Numbered from the stretch's first letter, positions 1 through 10,511 are shown. The stretch: 64,000 nucleotides of DNA from Waterburya sp. (GCA_965217895.1 CBDCJV010000001.1:1-64000), one strand, 5' to 3'. Notes: generated from the letters alone by a model not told the origin. Made by a program: numbers and translations.

Positions 1-567
1 ATCGGATTCTGTAATTTGACTAGAGGTATATTGGTTTGTATCTACGCCAATTCCCCGAGTGTAATAAATTCTGTCTGGGGGTAGAAAATTGTTTTCTTTA
101 GCTGCGGTTTCATCTTCTTTGTTGATTGTGATTAAATAATCAGTCCATCTTGCAGCTAATTTTTCTAAGTTGAAGAAGGCTGTATTTTTTAGCCAACTGC
201 CACCTTGATAAAAATGGAAACCATGGGCAGTATAAATTACCTTTGCTTTGGGAAAATCCTTGAGAGCATAACGAGTAACGAAGGCAGCAATAGGAGTATG
301 TACATGAACCAAATCATAATCTCCTATACCAACTACTTTTTTAACTCGTTTAACTCCTGCCAAAAGATTTCTAGGATCTAAGACATTTCTTGACCACTGA
401 ATATCCCAAATGCGATCGCACGCATTTACACATTTTGGATCTGCTGAAATCCACTGTGCCATTCCATCAACCTGCCAACCCAAGCTTTTAAAGTGTTGAA
501 CAAATGGCAGCAGGAAACCGCGAATTGTAATGGGAACTGTTGTAACAATGAGTAATTTATAAGTCAT
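1..567 (-). CDS. Glycosyltransferase family 4 (partial, runs off the window edge)
   Basis: Manual translation from ATG at 567: MTYKLLIVTTVPITIRGFLLP...LVHVHTPIAAFVTR...VIYTAHGFHFYQGG...GIGVD, a typical GT4 N-terminal domain. Confidence 0.85.
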   Translation of the reverse strand, partial: MTYKLLIVTTVPITIRGFLLPFVQHFKSLGWQVDGMAQWISADPKCVNACDRIWDIQWSRNVLDPRNLLAGVKRVKKVVGIGDYDLVHVHTPIAAFVTRYALKDFPKAKVIYTAHGFHFYQGGSWLKNTAFFNLEKLAARWTDYLITINKEDETAAKENNFLPPDRIYYTRGIGVDTNQYTSSQITESD

Positions 568-575
568 ACATTTGC

Positions 576-679
576 TGGCGTTGCTGATTGGAAACATAAA
601 ATTGCTCATGATACTGCTCGTAGCTATCAGCTATCAGCACACAGAAAAGTACTGTTCATGGTTCGATTCGGCAACGCCA
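576..679. repeat. Small MITE-like element
   Basis: Terminal inverted repeats TGGCGTTGCTGA ... TCGGCAACGCCA enclosing GCTATCA heptamers. Confidence 0.6.
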
Positions 680-744
680 TCTGCCTTATAAACAGAATTA
701 TCGTTTTTAGTTACACATTTGTCTATCAACTTTACCCAAACTAC

Positions 745-1551
745 TTAGCCATAAGATTCTAGTTTTTCATCGCCATTTGGCATTTTAGGAGCAAATTTTC
801 TCAAGCCCAGATACTGCTGAAATACGTTCCAAAGATACAAAGGATTAAGAATTGCGTAACGCTGCCACAGTCTTTTTGGCTCTTGAATTAGACGAAAGAA
901 CCATTCTAAGCCCGCGTCCTGCATCCATTTAGGAGCTTGAGGTAAAGTTCCTGCATGGAAATCAAAAGCAGCACCAACTGCCAAAATTGGTATACTTAAC
1001 AGGTTTCGATACTCATAAGCCCAGGTTTCTTGTCGGGGACAACCAAGACCTAAAAAGACGGCACTAGCTCCAGATGCTTTGATGCGTTCAACTAACTCTA
1101 AACGTTCTTCTTCGGTGAGTCTTCTGAACTTAGAAGCTTCCATTCCCGCAATTTTTAATCCAGGATAAAGTTGAGCTAGATTATGAGCAAACTTTTCCAA
1201 GGTTTCTGCTTCGCTGCCATATAGATATATGCTCAAGCCTTCTTTGGTCAAAGATTCGGCTACTTTGAGAGTTAGGTTAGGGCCATAAACACGGTCTGGT
1301 AGCTGCTTATTGTATAGCCAGGACAATGCCCAGCGCACAGGTTGACCGTCAGGCAAAACTAAATCTAAGCCATTTAAACGTCTAGCGTGGGTACGATCCA
1401 TAAATCCAGTCATTACGCCATGTACCGCTAAGGCACTAACGGCGCAAGGCTGTTTGTTTTTAGCTGCGGAGGTGATTTTGTGGACGGCAAACTCATAGTC
1501 TACAGCACAGACATTAATTCCTAATACTGAGCATTTTCCTTGATCGATCAT
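745..1551 (-). CDS. WecB/TagA/CpsF family glycosyltransferase
   Basis: Motifs [43 protein letters not shown]. Confidence 0.93.
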   Translation of the reverse strand: MIDQGKCSVLGINVCAVDYEFAVHKITSAAKNKQPCAVSALAVHGVMTGFMDRTHARRLNGLDLVLPDGQPVRWALSWLYNKQLPDRVYGPNLTLKVAESLTKEGLSIYLYGSEAETLEKFAHNLAQLYPGLKIAGMEASKFRRLTEEERLELVERIKASGASAVFLGLGCPRQETWAYEYRNLLSIPILAVGAAFDFHAGTLPQAPKWMQDAGLEWFFRLIQEPKRLWQRYAILNPLYLWNVFQQYLGLRKFAPKMPNGDEKLESYG

Positions 1552-2613
1552 TTAGTTCCACCTCTCAATGCCACTTTCGTAAATTTCCGCTAAAATCTGA
1601 TTGATATTGTATTTAAGTGACCAGTCTGGATAATGAGATTTAAATTTAGAAAGGTCGCTTACATACCATATATGATCCCCACTACGGTTATCTTCAGTAT
1701 ATGAATAATCAAGTTTTTTGCCCGAAAGCTCTTGGGCAATGGCGATCGCCTCTAGCATTGAACAATTACTTTCTCGTCCACCACCAATGTTATAAACTTC
1801 GGCAACGCGAGGATTTTTGTAAAATTCATGGAAAGCTGAGATTAAATCAGAAGAATGAATATTGTCTCTGACCTGCTTTCCTTTGTAGCCATAGATTGTG
1901 TAAGGTTTGCCAATAGCTGTACATTTTACCAAGTATGCCAGAAAGCCATGTAGTTCAGTCCCAGAATGATTTGGCCCTGTTAAACAACCGCCCCTAAAAG
2001 AAGCTGTCCGAATGCCAAAGTAGCGTCCATATTCCTGAACTAGTACATCGGCTGCGACTTTAGAAGCTCCAAATAAAGAGTGTTTACACTGGTCAATGCT
2101 CATGTCCTCTGAAATTCCCCCATAATACTTATGAGCAGAATCTATTTCCCAGCGTTTTTCTAGCTCTTTTAAAGGCAGAGCATTGGGCAAGTCGCCATAG
2201 ACTTTATTGGTAGATGTAAAGATAAATACTGCTTCAGGACAATATTCGCGAGTTGCCTGTAAAAGATTGAGCGTCCCGTTAGCATTAACCGTAAAGTCGG
2301 AAAAGGGATCGCTAGCAGCCCAGTCGTGAGAGGGTTGAGCAGCAGTATGAATGATTAAAGCGATATTTTGACCAAAATGCTGAAAGATTTCTTCGATCTT
2401 TTCGTAATCTCTTATATCTACTTCACGGTGTTGATAATTATCAATTTCTTTTTCTAATTTTTGGCGATTCCACTTTGTTGATGCCTCTTCTCCAAAAAAG
2501 AATTTCCTCATGTCGTTATCAATACCAACAACGTCCATTCCTAGACTGCTAAAGAATCTTACAGCTTCAGAGCCAATTAAACCCGCCGACCCAGTGACAA
2601 TTGCTACACCCAT
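1552..2613 (-). CDS. NAD-dependent epimerase/dehydratase (CDP-paratose 2-epimerase-like)
   Basis: TGSAGLIG Rossmann motif, STNKVYG, FGASK, QVRD. Confidence 0.9.
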   Translation of the reverse strand: MGVAIVTGSAGLIGSEAVRFFSSLGMDVVGIDNDMRKFFFGEEASTKWNRQKLEKEIDNYQHREVDIRDYEKIEEIFQHFGQNIALIIHTAAQPSHDWAASDPFSDFTVNANGTLNLLQATREYCPEAVFIFTSTNKVYGDLPNALPLKELEKRWEIDSAHKYYGGISEDMSIDQCKHSLFGASKVAADVLVQEYGRYFGIRTASFRGGCLTGPNHSGTELHGFLAYLVKCTAIGKPYTIYGYKGKQVRDNIHSSDLISAFHEFYKNPRVAEVYNIGGGRESNCSMLEAIAIAQELSGKKLDYSYTEDNRSGDHIWYVSDLSKFKSHYPDWSLKYNINQILAEIYESGIERWN

Positions 2614-3038
2614 ATTTAACTTTAGTTTCTAACTATCTATTTAGATTAACTACCCGACCTTTACATAAACTTTGTAATTTCCAAAGATTTAGGTAGGTTT
2701 TGCGTACTTACTATTAAGTATATTTACTATTAAGGCTTTATCATATTATAGGAAATTTTTTAATATGTCGATAGATAATCAGTAAAAAAACTGGCACAAA
2801 AGTTTCAACCAGAAAAAATAAAATAGTGATATGATTGCTAGGTTTAAAATTATAGGTTCTCAGTTAGAAAATAGACTCTTTTGGTAGTGAGTTACACAGC
2901 CTTTGTAAATTGATATTGGTGTTAATAGTAAACTTTAATTAAAGATCATTTTTTTATTTAGACAGATTAGGTATTTTAAGATGTCTAGTTGTTTTTGCCT
3001 AAGTATTTATAGTTAAGATAAAGTCAAACAGTAATTTT

Positions 3039-4229
3039 ATGCTTATTGGAATAATTGAAGTTAGCGAACCAAACCATTATTCGGCAGTTAATGGTCTACT
3101 TAAGACCTATGCCAGCAATCCTCAAAACGAGATCATTGTTTACACTTTGCCATCAATTAAAAAGGCTTTAGAAGAAAATGGTTTACCAGAAAATTCTAGT
3201 TTAGTAGTATTAAATATAAACGAAAATCAGTCTCTAAAAAATCTGCTAAAGGATATAGAAGATACTGCCTTTGATCGGATACATATTTGCACCATCTTTG
3301 ACAACTATTTTGAGTTTGCTGGGTTCAAGCCTCAAGCCAAAGAAATCTGGCTTCACGTACATCAATGTGAAGAATGGTATAACGATGACTTGAATAGAGC
3401 TATTAATACTTTAATTCCTAGCCTCAAAAACAAGGATCAAAACAGAGAATATTCACGCATAATTGCTAGGGCGGTTCGAGATTATTTAGTTTACAAACCT
3501 CTGAGAAAAAAAATGCTATCTCAGTTTACTAAAAATTATCAGCTACGAATCATAGTCCATAGTCAAGGGCAAAAAAAAGTTTTATTAGAGTATGGTTGTA
3601 AATCCCCAATTACCGTATTTCCTTTTGCTATTTATGAGGGAATGAAAGACTTCTCTGAGTCGAACCAAGTTTTAAGAATATGTATCCCTGGTGTAATTAC
3701 CCAAGCCAAAAGAGATTATCTAGGGGTGTTTAAAGTTCTACAAGAAAATGCAGCAGCCTTAAGCGATCGCCTGGAGCTTTATTTGTTAGGATACGTTACC
3801 CAGCGTGAACAGCCCCAAATGACAGATGCCATAGCAGACTTGCAAAACTCTGGCTATAAGGTTTTTTATCATGACTCTTTTGTCTATGGCGAAGAGTTCG
3901 ATCGGGCGATCGCTAGTTCTGATTTATTGCTCAATAATCAGTTCATTAGTAGAAACAGTACTGAGGTTTATGGCAAAACTAAAGAATCAGGCATGATTTT
4001 CAATATGCTTAGAGCCGCTAAACCAGGGCTATTGCCAAAGGAATATAATGTATCTCCAGAGTTTAATGACTGTACCTTATTTTTTGATAGCTATCCTCAT
4101 TTAGTTGAGCTGATCGAAGAGGTTATTAACGATCCCCAACGTTTACAACAATTAAAGGCTGCTGCTAAAAAACTATCAGTAAGTTATTTACCTGAAAATC
4201 TCTATCCTAGATTAGTGTCAGCAAAATGA
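3039..4229 (+). CDS. Hypothetical protein, probably a GT-B fold glycosyltransferase
   Basis: 396-aa ORF beside polysaccharide genes; C-terminal IPG..KRDY and YG.TKESG segments resemble GT-B proteins. Confidence 0.5.
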   Translation: MLIGIIEVSEPNHYSAVNGLLKTYASNPQNEIIVYTLPSIKKALEENGLPENSSLVVLNINENQSLKNLLKDIEDTAFDRIHICTIFDNYFEFAGFKPQAKEIWLHVHQCEEWYNDDLNRAINTLIPSLKNKDQNREYSRIIARAVRDYLVYKPLRKKMLSQFTKNYQLRIIVHSQGQKKVLLEYGCKSPITVFPFAIYEGMKDFSESNQVLRICIPGVITQAKRDYLGVFKVLQENAAALSDRLELYLLGYVTQREQPQMTDAIADLQNSGYKVFYHDSFVYGEEFDRAIASSDLLLNNQFISRNSTEVYGKTKESGMIFNMLRAAKPGLLPKEYNVSPEFNDCTLFFDSYPHLVELIEEVINDPQRLQQLKAAAKKLSVSYLPENLYPRLVSAK

Positions 4230-4235
4230 TATTAG

Positions 4236-4316
4236 ACTAAATCCTGTTCGTATAGGTAAGTTATTAATTTTAGAGGTCAGAGAGTGGATAACTACCTTTG
4301 TCAATCGGATCTAGTA
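4236..4316. repeat. MITE-like element, same family as 31336-31484
   Basis: Ends ACTAAATCCTGTTCGTAT ... TCAATCGGATCTAGTA; both ends recur, inverted, at 31336-31484. Confidence 0.65.
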
Positions 4317-4333
4317 TTACTTATATTGACGAC

Positions 4334-5059
4334 TCAAAATAGCAATCTTAAACCTGTAACCATCAGTAAAGCTAAGGTAATACGCTTAAATGTCAGGGGA
4401 TTTATTTTGGTAGATAAAATTATCCCCAGCCACAAGCCAAGAGCAAAACCAGGAAGACTATAAACGGCAAACCGACCAACAGAGATAGTTATATTTCCCT
4501 GCCAGCTATAGGCGATCGCTGCTAGCAAAGAACTAAAGAAAAATACAGCAGTCAGGTTGCCTTTAAACTCTTTAGGAGTCCAACCGCGACAGTTGGCATA
4601 GACAATTACAGGCGGGCCACCAATAGTATATGCTCCGTTGAGAATACCTGACGCTCCACCAAATAGATAAGCCCAAATAGAGGATTTTAAATTAGGTAAA
4701 GATAAATCGAGCCAATCGTAGAGAACATAGCTAATAATTAAAATTCCTAATCCCTTAAGAGCGATCGCTTCAGGAATGCGGTCGAGTAATAAAGTACCGA
4801 CAGGAGTGGCTATTAAAGCTGCGATCGCCAATTTTTTAACTGCTTTTAGGCTACAGCTATGGCGATAATTATACCAAATAACTACATTGCCAATAATACT
4901 GACTAAAGTGACTAATGGCACTGCGGTTTGCAAACCAACGACTTGGGGTAAAAAAGACATAGAAACGATCGCAAAGCCAAATCCAGTTATGCTTTGAGTT
5001 AAAGCTGCCAGAAAGATAATACCAGCAACTATCAGATAATCGTTTCCGTATAGCTCCAT
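4334..5059 (-). CDS. Sulfite exporter TauE/SafE family permease
   Basis: QSITGFGFA and GAYTIGGPP motifs, hydrophobic; start moved to ATG 5059 because the longer ORF start lies inside a MITE. Confidence 0.85.
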   Translation of the reverse strand: MELYGNDYLIVAGIIFLAALTQSITGFGFAIVSMSFLPQVVGLQTAVPLVTLVSIIGNVVIWYNYRHSCSLKAVKKLAIAALIATPVGTLLLDRIPEAIALKGLGILIISYVLYDWLDLSLPNLKSSIWAYLFGGASGILNGAYTIGGPPVIVYANCRGWTPKEFKGNLTAVFFFSSLLAAIAYSWQGNITISVGRFAVYSLPGFALGLWLGIILSTKINPLTFKRITLALLMVTGLRLLF

Positions 5060-5384
5060 TAGACCTCTTGCACGAATCAAAAACACTGGTTGAGAATGAA
5101 GTTATACCATTTTAAATTTACAACATGACACATCGTTTTCTGTAGGGGCGAACGGTCGTTCGCTTACAATTAATCTGTAGCGGATACAATTTAATTTGGT
5201 ATTAAAAGTTAAAAGTTAACGTGGGTGTGGAACAAGCTTCCTAAACGGGAGCGGGCGGTATAAAGACGAGCGACCCCGACCCCGCGTTCCCTTGCGTTTC
5301 CACCCGCAAAAGTCAAGAGTTAGAACTTGTCTCGTATATTTCGGTAGCTAAAAATCCTTATTAAATATTTATGCAAGAGGTCTA
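5060..5384. mobile_element. TA-flanked MITE with nested MITE, REP and hairpin elements
   Basis: Inverted ends TAGACCTCTTGCA ... TGCAAGAGGTCTA; inner ATACCA...TGGTAT element, GTAGGGGCGAACGGTCGTTCGC palindrome, AAAAGTT heptamers. Confidence 0.75.
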
Positions 5385-5385
5385 T

Positions 5386-5811
5386 TTATTTAAGAATCAG
5401 CACTGGACAAGGAGACAGTCGTACAACCCTTTCAGTTACCGAACCAAGTAAAAAACGACTTATACCCTTGCGTCCGTGGGAAGGCATGACGATTAAATCC
5501 GCCTCGATCTCTTTGGCGTAGTCAACAATTTGTGTACTGGGGTCGCCAATTGCTACCTCAATTTGAATTTCCTTATATCCTATTTCACCCAGCTTTGACC
5601 CTAGAAAGCTTTTGACCTTTTCTTTTCTTTGCTCGTTGTCTAGGGTATTCCACATGGCTGCTGGGTCGGCAGGATGCAGAGGAGTTAGAACGTGAATTAG
5701 TTTTAAAGCTGATTCAGCTTCGACATATTCTCTAGCTGGGGCGATCGCCTGATAAGATAATTCCGAAAAGTCAATCGGAACTAGAACAGATTTCTTTTTG
5801 AGCCAACTCAT
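5386..5811 (-). CDS. Universal stress protein
   Basis: VLVPIDFS, ADLIVMPSHGRKG..FLLGSVTERVVRLSPCPVL. Confidence 0.95.
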   Translation of the reverse strand: MSWLKKKSVLVPIDFSELSYQAIAPAREYVEAESALKLIHVLTPLHPADPAAMWNTLDNEQRKEKVKSFLGSKLGEIGYKEIQIEVAIGDPSTQIVDYAKEIEADLIVMPSHGRKGISRFLLGSVTERVVRLSPCPVLILK

Positions 5812-5824
5812 TATTTATCTCCCC

Positions 5825-7384
5825 TTATTTTAAAACTGGTTCTTTAATCTCTTGGATCTCCGCCAGCATTGCTCCAGATTTTAGGCGAGACATATAGCTG
5901 TTTAACTCTTTAGCAACTACACCAGAAAGCAGAAAACAGCCTAATAGGTTAGGTAAAGACATTGCCAATAAAACAATATCACTAAATTCGAGGACAAGAT
6001 CGAGATTAATTACTGCGCCAATAAACCCACAGATGAGAAATAACACTTTATAGATATTGACAGTCCTATCGCCAAACAAATATGCCCAAGACTGCTGCCC
6101 ATAATAACTCCAAGAAATCATAGTCGAAATAGCAAATAAAAAGCCAGCAACAGCAATTACATAGGGAAACCAGCTAATAATTGTGGCAAACGAGGTAGCC
6201 GATAGTTTTGCCCCATCGAGATCGGCAGAAGCAGGATCGGCATAAACCCCCGTAAGCACAATCACAATTGCCGTCATATTACAAATAAACATGGTGTCGA
6301 TAAACGGCTCTAACAAGGCCACAATTCCCTCTCTGACTGGTTCGTCGGTACGAGCAGCCGAGTGGGCGATCGCTGCCGAGCCAATGCCAGCTTCATTGGA
6401 AAAAACCGCTCGTTGAAATCCAACTACAATTGCACCAATAGCTCCTCCTGCAACTGCTTGAGGATTGAAGGCTGTAGTGATAATTGTCATAATTGCCCCA
6501 GGTATGGAAGTAAATTTTACCAGCATCACCCAAAGGCAGGCTAAGGTATAAATTACTGCCATGGTTGGAACTAAAACCCCTGCTACTGAGCCGATGCGTT
6601 CAATACCGCCGAGAATTACCAGCCCGACCATAGTTACCAAAATAATCCCAAACAGCCAGCTATAATTCTCAAAAAAAGGTATGACATTAGCCACAGCAGA
6701 ATAAGCTTGATTTGCCTGAAACATATTGCCCGCACCCATAGTAGCGATCGCGCAACATACCGCAAAAATTACTGACAACGCTTTACCCAAAGGAGCCATG
6801 CCGTTTGCCGACAAGCCACGAGACAAGTAATACATTGGACCTCCTCCCACAGTACCATCAGGCTTAATGATGCGGTATTTTTGACCGAGAGTACATTCAG
6901 CAAATTTACTCGACATACCCAGAAAGCCAGCCATAGTCATCCAAAAGGCGGCTCCTGGTCCACCCATCCGAATCGCGATCGCCACCCCTGCAATGTTACC
7001 AATACCTACTGTACCTGAAAGGGCTGCTGCCAGGGCTTGAAAATGGGAAACATCTCCTTCATCATGTGGATCGTCGTACTTACCCTGCACTACTTCAATG
7101 GCGTGTTTAAATGCTCGAACATTAATAAACTTCATGCGTAGAGTAAAGAAGATTCCCCCACAAATCAGCCAAAGAACAATCAGTGGCATTCCGTTTTCGC
7201 CACCAATCTTGAAGTAGAGAAAGAGATTTAGAACATCAATAACTCTCTGAAATATTGCTTCAAATGTTCCTCCTATACCTCCCGAATTTGCTTTATCTTG
7301 AGCCAAGGCAATTTGAGGCATTAAGACTATCAGTAAAACAGGAAGCCAAAAATACTTTTTAAAATTAAACAATAACTGTTTCAT
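5825..7384 (-). CDS. agcS: Alanine/glycine:cation symporter (AGCS family)
   Basis: ALSGTVGIGNIAGVA, GGPMYY, FSNEAGIGS, EPFIDT motifs. Confidence 0.92.
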   Translation of the reverse strand: MKQLLFNFKKYFWLPVLLIVLMPQIALAQDKANSGGIGGTFEAIFQRVIDVLNLFLYFKIGGENGMPLIVLWLICGGIFFTLRMKFINVRAFKHAIEVVQGKYDDPHDEGDVSHFQALAAALSGTVGIGNIAGVAIAIRMGGPGAAFWMTMAGFLGMSSKFAECTLGQKYRIIKPDGTVGGGPMYYLSRGLSANGMAPLGKALSVIFAVCCAIATMGAGNMFQANQAYSAVANVIPFFENYSWLFGIILVTMVGLVILGGIERIGSVAGVLVPTMAVIYTLACLWVMLVKFTSIPGAIMTIITTAFNPQAVAGGAIGAIVVGFQRAVFSNEAGIGSAAIAHSAARTDEPVREGIVALLEPFIDTMFICNMTAIVIVLTGVYADPASADLDGAKLSATSFATIISWFPYVIAVAGFLFAISTMISWSYYGQQSWAYLFGDRTVNIYKVLFLICGFIGAVINLDLVLEFSDIVLLAMSLPNLLGCFLLSGVVAKELNSYMSRLKSGAMLAEIQEIKEPVLK

Positions 7385-7531
7385 GATTTCAATTAACTTG
7401 AGACGATAGGTTTTTGTGAATGTTTACATTGCAAAAGTACACGTTATCTTTTATTTTTTGACAGAATGTAAATGTTCGTCAAAATCTTTTACGCACTGGC
7501 TTAAGTTTGTATTTATTTAGTTGATAAAACT

Positions 7532-7545
7532 GTAATTTAATATAC
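7532..7545. promoter_or_regulatory. Possible NtcA box upstream of agcS
   Basis: GTA-ATTTAATA-TAC matches GTA-N8-TAC about 150 bp upstream of agcS; AT-rich context and no clean -10 box at canonical spacing. Confidence 0.3.
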
Positions 7546-7571
7546 TTTTTTTATTAAAAATTCAAAATTGA

Positions 7572-7667
7572 TATAGCAATCCTGTTTTATTTGTGAACAG
7601 TTAAATCTTGGTATCGGGAATAGGGAATAGAGAACAAAAATTTTGCAATTTATTTAGGATGGCTATA
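7572..7667. repeat. MITE-like element with GGGAATA heptamers
   Basis: Inverted ends TATAGCAATCCT ... AGGATGGCTATA. Confidence 0.65.
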
Positions 7668-7771
7668 TAGCGGTTCTCAAATTAGTCAGGTACAAAGTAA
7701 ATCGTTTTAAGGCAGAGGGCAGAAGGCAGAAAGCAGAAGTTAGATGTACTTCAGTAAACTGAGAACCGCTA
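7668..7771. repeat. MITE-like element with GGCAGAA heptamers, abutting the previous element
   Basis: Perfect inverted ends TAGCGGTTCTCA ... TGAGAACCGCTA. Confidence 0.7.
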
Positions 7772-7936
7772 CATATAGATATTAGAAAGCAGTAGCCTCA
7801 TAAATTCATTGATATTTATTAAATGAGCTGATTTTTAGTTTGTGCTATTCAACTTATTTTTGAGCTTAAATATAGATTTTATTTAGATTATTATTAATAT
7901 TTAAGAAACGCTTTATTTGTTAATAATAAAAACAAT

Positions 7937-9046
7937 TTAAGCTAGAGAAAATTCAGCAGTACGGGCGACTAAATCTTTGAATACTTCTCTGACTACGGGA
8001 TGCACTAACTGGTAATTTTTAACATTTAGTCCCATCGCCAAAGCAGGATCATTTTCTAAGGCTTTGATACCCGAATCAGCCAGCTTAACTACATAAGGTA
8101 AGGTACTATTATTTAAAGCTTGAGTTGCAGTCCAGGGTACAGCCCCAGGCATATTGGGTACGCCATAATGAACAACTCCCTCTTCAACATAGACAGGCTG
8201 AGAGTGAGAGGTAGGGCGCAATGTTTCAATACATCCTCCTTGATCTACAGCTACATCAACGATTACTGAACCAGGACGCATTTGAGCTACTAAAGCACGA
8301 TTAACTAAAGTGGGTGCATTTTTGCCTGGAATCAATACCGCACCAATTAATAAGTCTGCATCAGGCACAGCAGCTTCAATGGCTGCGGTAGTACTATAAA
8401 GCAGTTCTACTCTTGAACCAAACAGGGTTTCCAAATAAGATAATCGTTCGACGCTGATATCAATAATCTGGACTTTTGCACCCATACCCACAGCAATTTT
8501 GGCTGCCTCTGTACCAACAACACCTCCACCTAAGATTGTAACTTTGCCTGGAGATACGCCTGGGATACCACCTAATAGAACCCCTCTGCCTCCCTGTTGC
8601 CTTTCTAAAAAGCGTGCGCCAAACTGTACCGATAATCTACCAGCAATAATGCTCATGGGCATTAGTAAAGGCAAGGTGCGATTCAATTCTACCGTTTCAT
8701 AGGCGATCGCCGTTACCCCAGATTCAACTAGACGTTCGGTTAGGGGTTTATTCGCTGCTAGATGCAAATAGGTAAATAGTATTTGTTCTGGTTGGATAAA
8801 GTGATATTCCGTCGCTAGAGGCTCTTTAACCTTAATAACTAACTCTTGATTCCAGGCATCTTTTGCCTCAGCTACAATCGTTGCCCCAGCGTCTTGATAA
8901 TCGCGATCGCTAAACCCAGAACCAACACCAGCACTAGTTTCTACAAATACACTATGACCTTTATCAGTTAGAACCCGAACGCTAGCGGGAGACAAACCTA
9001 CACGAAATTCCTGATCTTTAGTTTCTTTTGGTACACCAACTTGCAT
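7937..9046 (-). CDS. ald: Alanine dehydrogenase
   Basis: GVPKETKDQEFRVGL, KVKEP, FTYLHLAA, GGGVVG, DVAVDQGGC, VPNMPGAVP. Confidence 0.96.
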   Translation of the reverse strand: MQVGVPKETKDQEFRVGLSPASVRVLTDKGHSVFVETSAGVGSGFSDRDYQDAGATIVAEAKDAWNQELVIKVKEPLATEYHFIQPEQILFTYLHLAANKPLTERLVESGVTAIAYETVELNRTLPLLMPMSIIAGRLSVQFGARFLERQQGGRGVLLGGIPGVSPGKVTILGGGVVGTEAAKIAVGMGAKVQIIDISVERLSYLETLFGSRVELLYSTTAAIEAAVPDADLLIGAVLIPGKNAPTLVNRALVAQMRPGSVIVDVAVDQGGCIETLRPTSHSQPVYVEEGVVHYGVPNMPGAVPWTATQALNNSTLPYVVKLADSGIKALENDPALAMGLNVKNYQLVHPVVREVFKDLVARTAEFSLA

Positions 9047-9075
9047 AATTAACCTCTTTGTAAATTACTTCTCTG

Positions 9076-9101
9076 TAAGGGCGAACGGTCGTTCGCCCCT
9101 A
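9076..9101. repeat. REP-like palindrome overlapping the aminotransferase stop codon
   Basis: GTAAGGGCGAACGGTCGTTCGCCCCTA; a second copy lies at ~5142-5163. Confidence 0.65.
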
Positions 9102-10511
9102 ACTACCTACTACCTCTAAAGTTTGCTTTAAACTATCAACAATCTTGTCTGCATCTGCTTTAGTCAAAATCAAAGGAGGAGCAATAATCAAAACGTTAGA
9201 AAGCCCTGGGACAGTGCTAGCATTGCGTCCAATTATTGTGCCTAGTTCTAGACAGCCAGAGACAACTGCACCTACTTTTTCTCCTCCCAGGGGTTCTTTA
9301 GTTTCTTTGTCCGCCACTAATTCAATGCCGATTAACAATCCTTTACCTCTTATATCACCAACGTTGGGATGATTTTCCAAGTTAGATAATTCTGCTCTTA
9401 AATATGCCCCCATCTTAGCTGCTTGTTCTGCTAGCTGTTCTGTTTCGATAATCTCGATATTTTTTAAAGACAGGGCGGTAGAGGCGGGATTACCTCCATA
9501 GGTATTAATATGGCGAAAGTGGGAAGTAGGATCGCTTTCATCTGAGAAAGCTTCAAAAATATGCTGTTGAGTGACTGTTGCTGAAAGAGGTAAATAACCG
9601 CTGGTAATGCCTTTGGCTAGGGTAATCATATCGGGCTTGACTCCCCAGAGTTGGTGTCCAAACATCTTGCCCAGACGACCAAAACCACTGACTACCTCAT
9701 CAAAGATTAACAGGATGCCATGGCGATCGCAAATATCTCGCAGCATGGGTAAATATTCATCGGGAGGAACAATTACTCCACCACCTGAAATTACAGGCTC
9801 GACAATAATTGCAGCAACGCTTTGGAAGCCTTCGTGAATCACCGTGTTTTCTATCGAACTAGCACATTCGATATTACAAGAACCATATTCTTTACCAAAG
9901 GGACAACGATAGCAGTAGGGTGGATGAACATGAAGAAAACCAGGTACAAGGGGATCGTATTTGGCACGTCTTTCTGCTTGTGCAGTGGCACTCAATGCAC
10001 CCATAGTATTGCCGTGATATGCCCGATAGCGAGAAATAATTTTATAGCGTCTCGTACCGCCTGTTTGGCAATGGTATTGACGCGCCATTTTAAACGCTGT
10101 CTCGTTGGCTTCTGAACCACTATTAGAAAAGTGAACTTTGCCTTCAAACTGAAGTAATTCAATTAACTTAGCTGCCAGCTTAATTGCTGGGGAATGACTC
10201 ATCACCAAGGGAAAATAAGACAGTTCAATTAACTGTTCGTGTGCTGCATCTGCCAATTCTTTACGCCCGTAGCCGACATTAACACACCACAATCCCGATA
10301 CACCATCTAAGTATTCTTTTCCTTCGCTGTCGGTGACATAACACCCCTCAGCCCTATCCATCCGCTTGGGTGGGTTGCGTTCGTATTTTTTGTGCTGCAC
10401 CATTGGATGCCATAAAGATTCGACATCCATCTGAGTTAGAGAGGTTTCAGACTCAGGTGATAGTTCTTCTGATTTAGCTAAAAGCTCATCAGAACGATCT
10501 AAATCTAACAT
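9099..10511 (-). CDS. Class-III PLP aminotransferase (taurine/omega-amino acid:pyruvate aminotransferase-like)
   Basis: YLDGVSGLWCVNVGYGR, SGSEANE, RYRAYHG, IFDEVVSGFGRLG, LAKGITSGY, FRHINTYGG; next to ald. Confidence 0.85.
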   Translation of the reverse strand: MLDLDRSDELLAKSEELSPESETSLTQMDVESLWHPMVQHKKYERNPPKRMDRAEGCYVTDSEGKEYLDGVSGLWCVNVGYGRKELADAAHEQLIELSYFPLVMSHSPAIKLAAKLIELLQFEGKVHFSNSGSEANETAFKMARQYHCQTGGTRRYKIISRYRAYHGNTMGALSATAQAERRAKYDPLVPGFLHVHPPYCYRCPFGKEYGSCNIECASSIENTVIHEGFQSVAAIIVEPVISGGGVIVPPDEYLPMLRDICDRHGILLIFDEVVSGFGRLGKMFGHQLWGVKPDMITLAKGITSGYLPLSATVTQQHIFEAFSDESDPTSHFRHINTYGGNPASTALSLKNIEIIETEQLAEQAAKMGAYLRAELSNLENHPNVGDIRGKGLLIGIELVADKETKEPLGGEKVGAVVSGCLELGTIIGRNASTVPGLSNVLIIAPPLILTKADADKIVDSLKQTLEVVGS

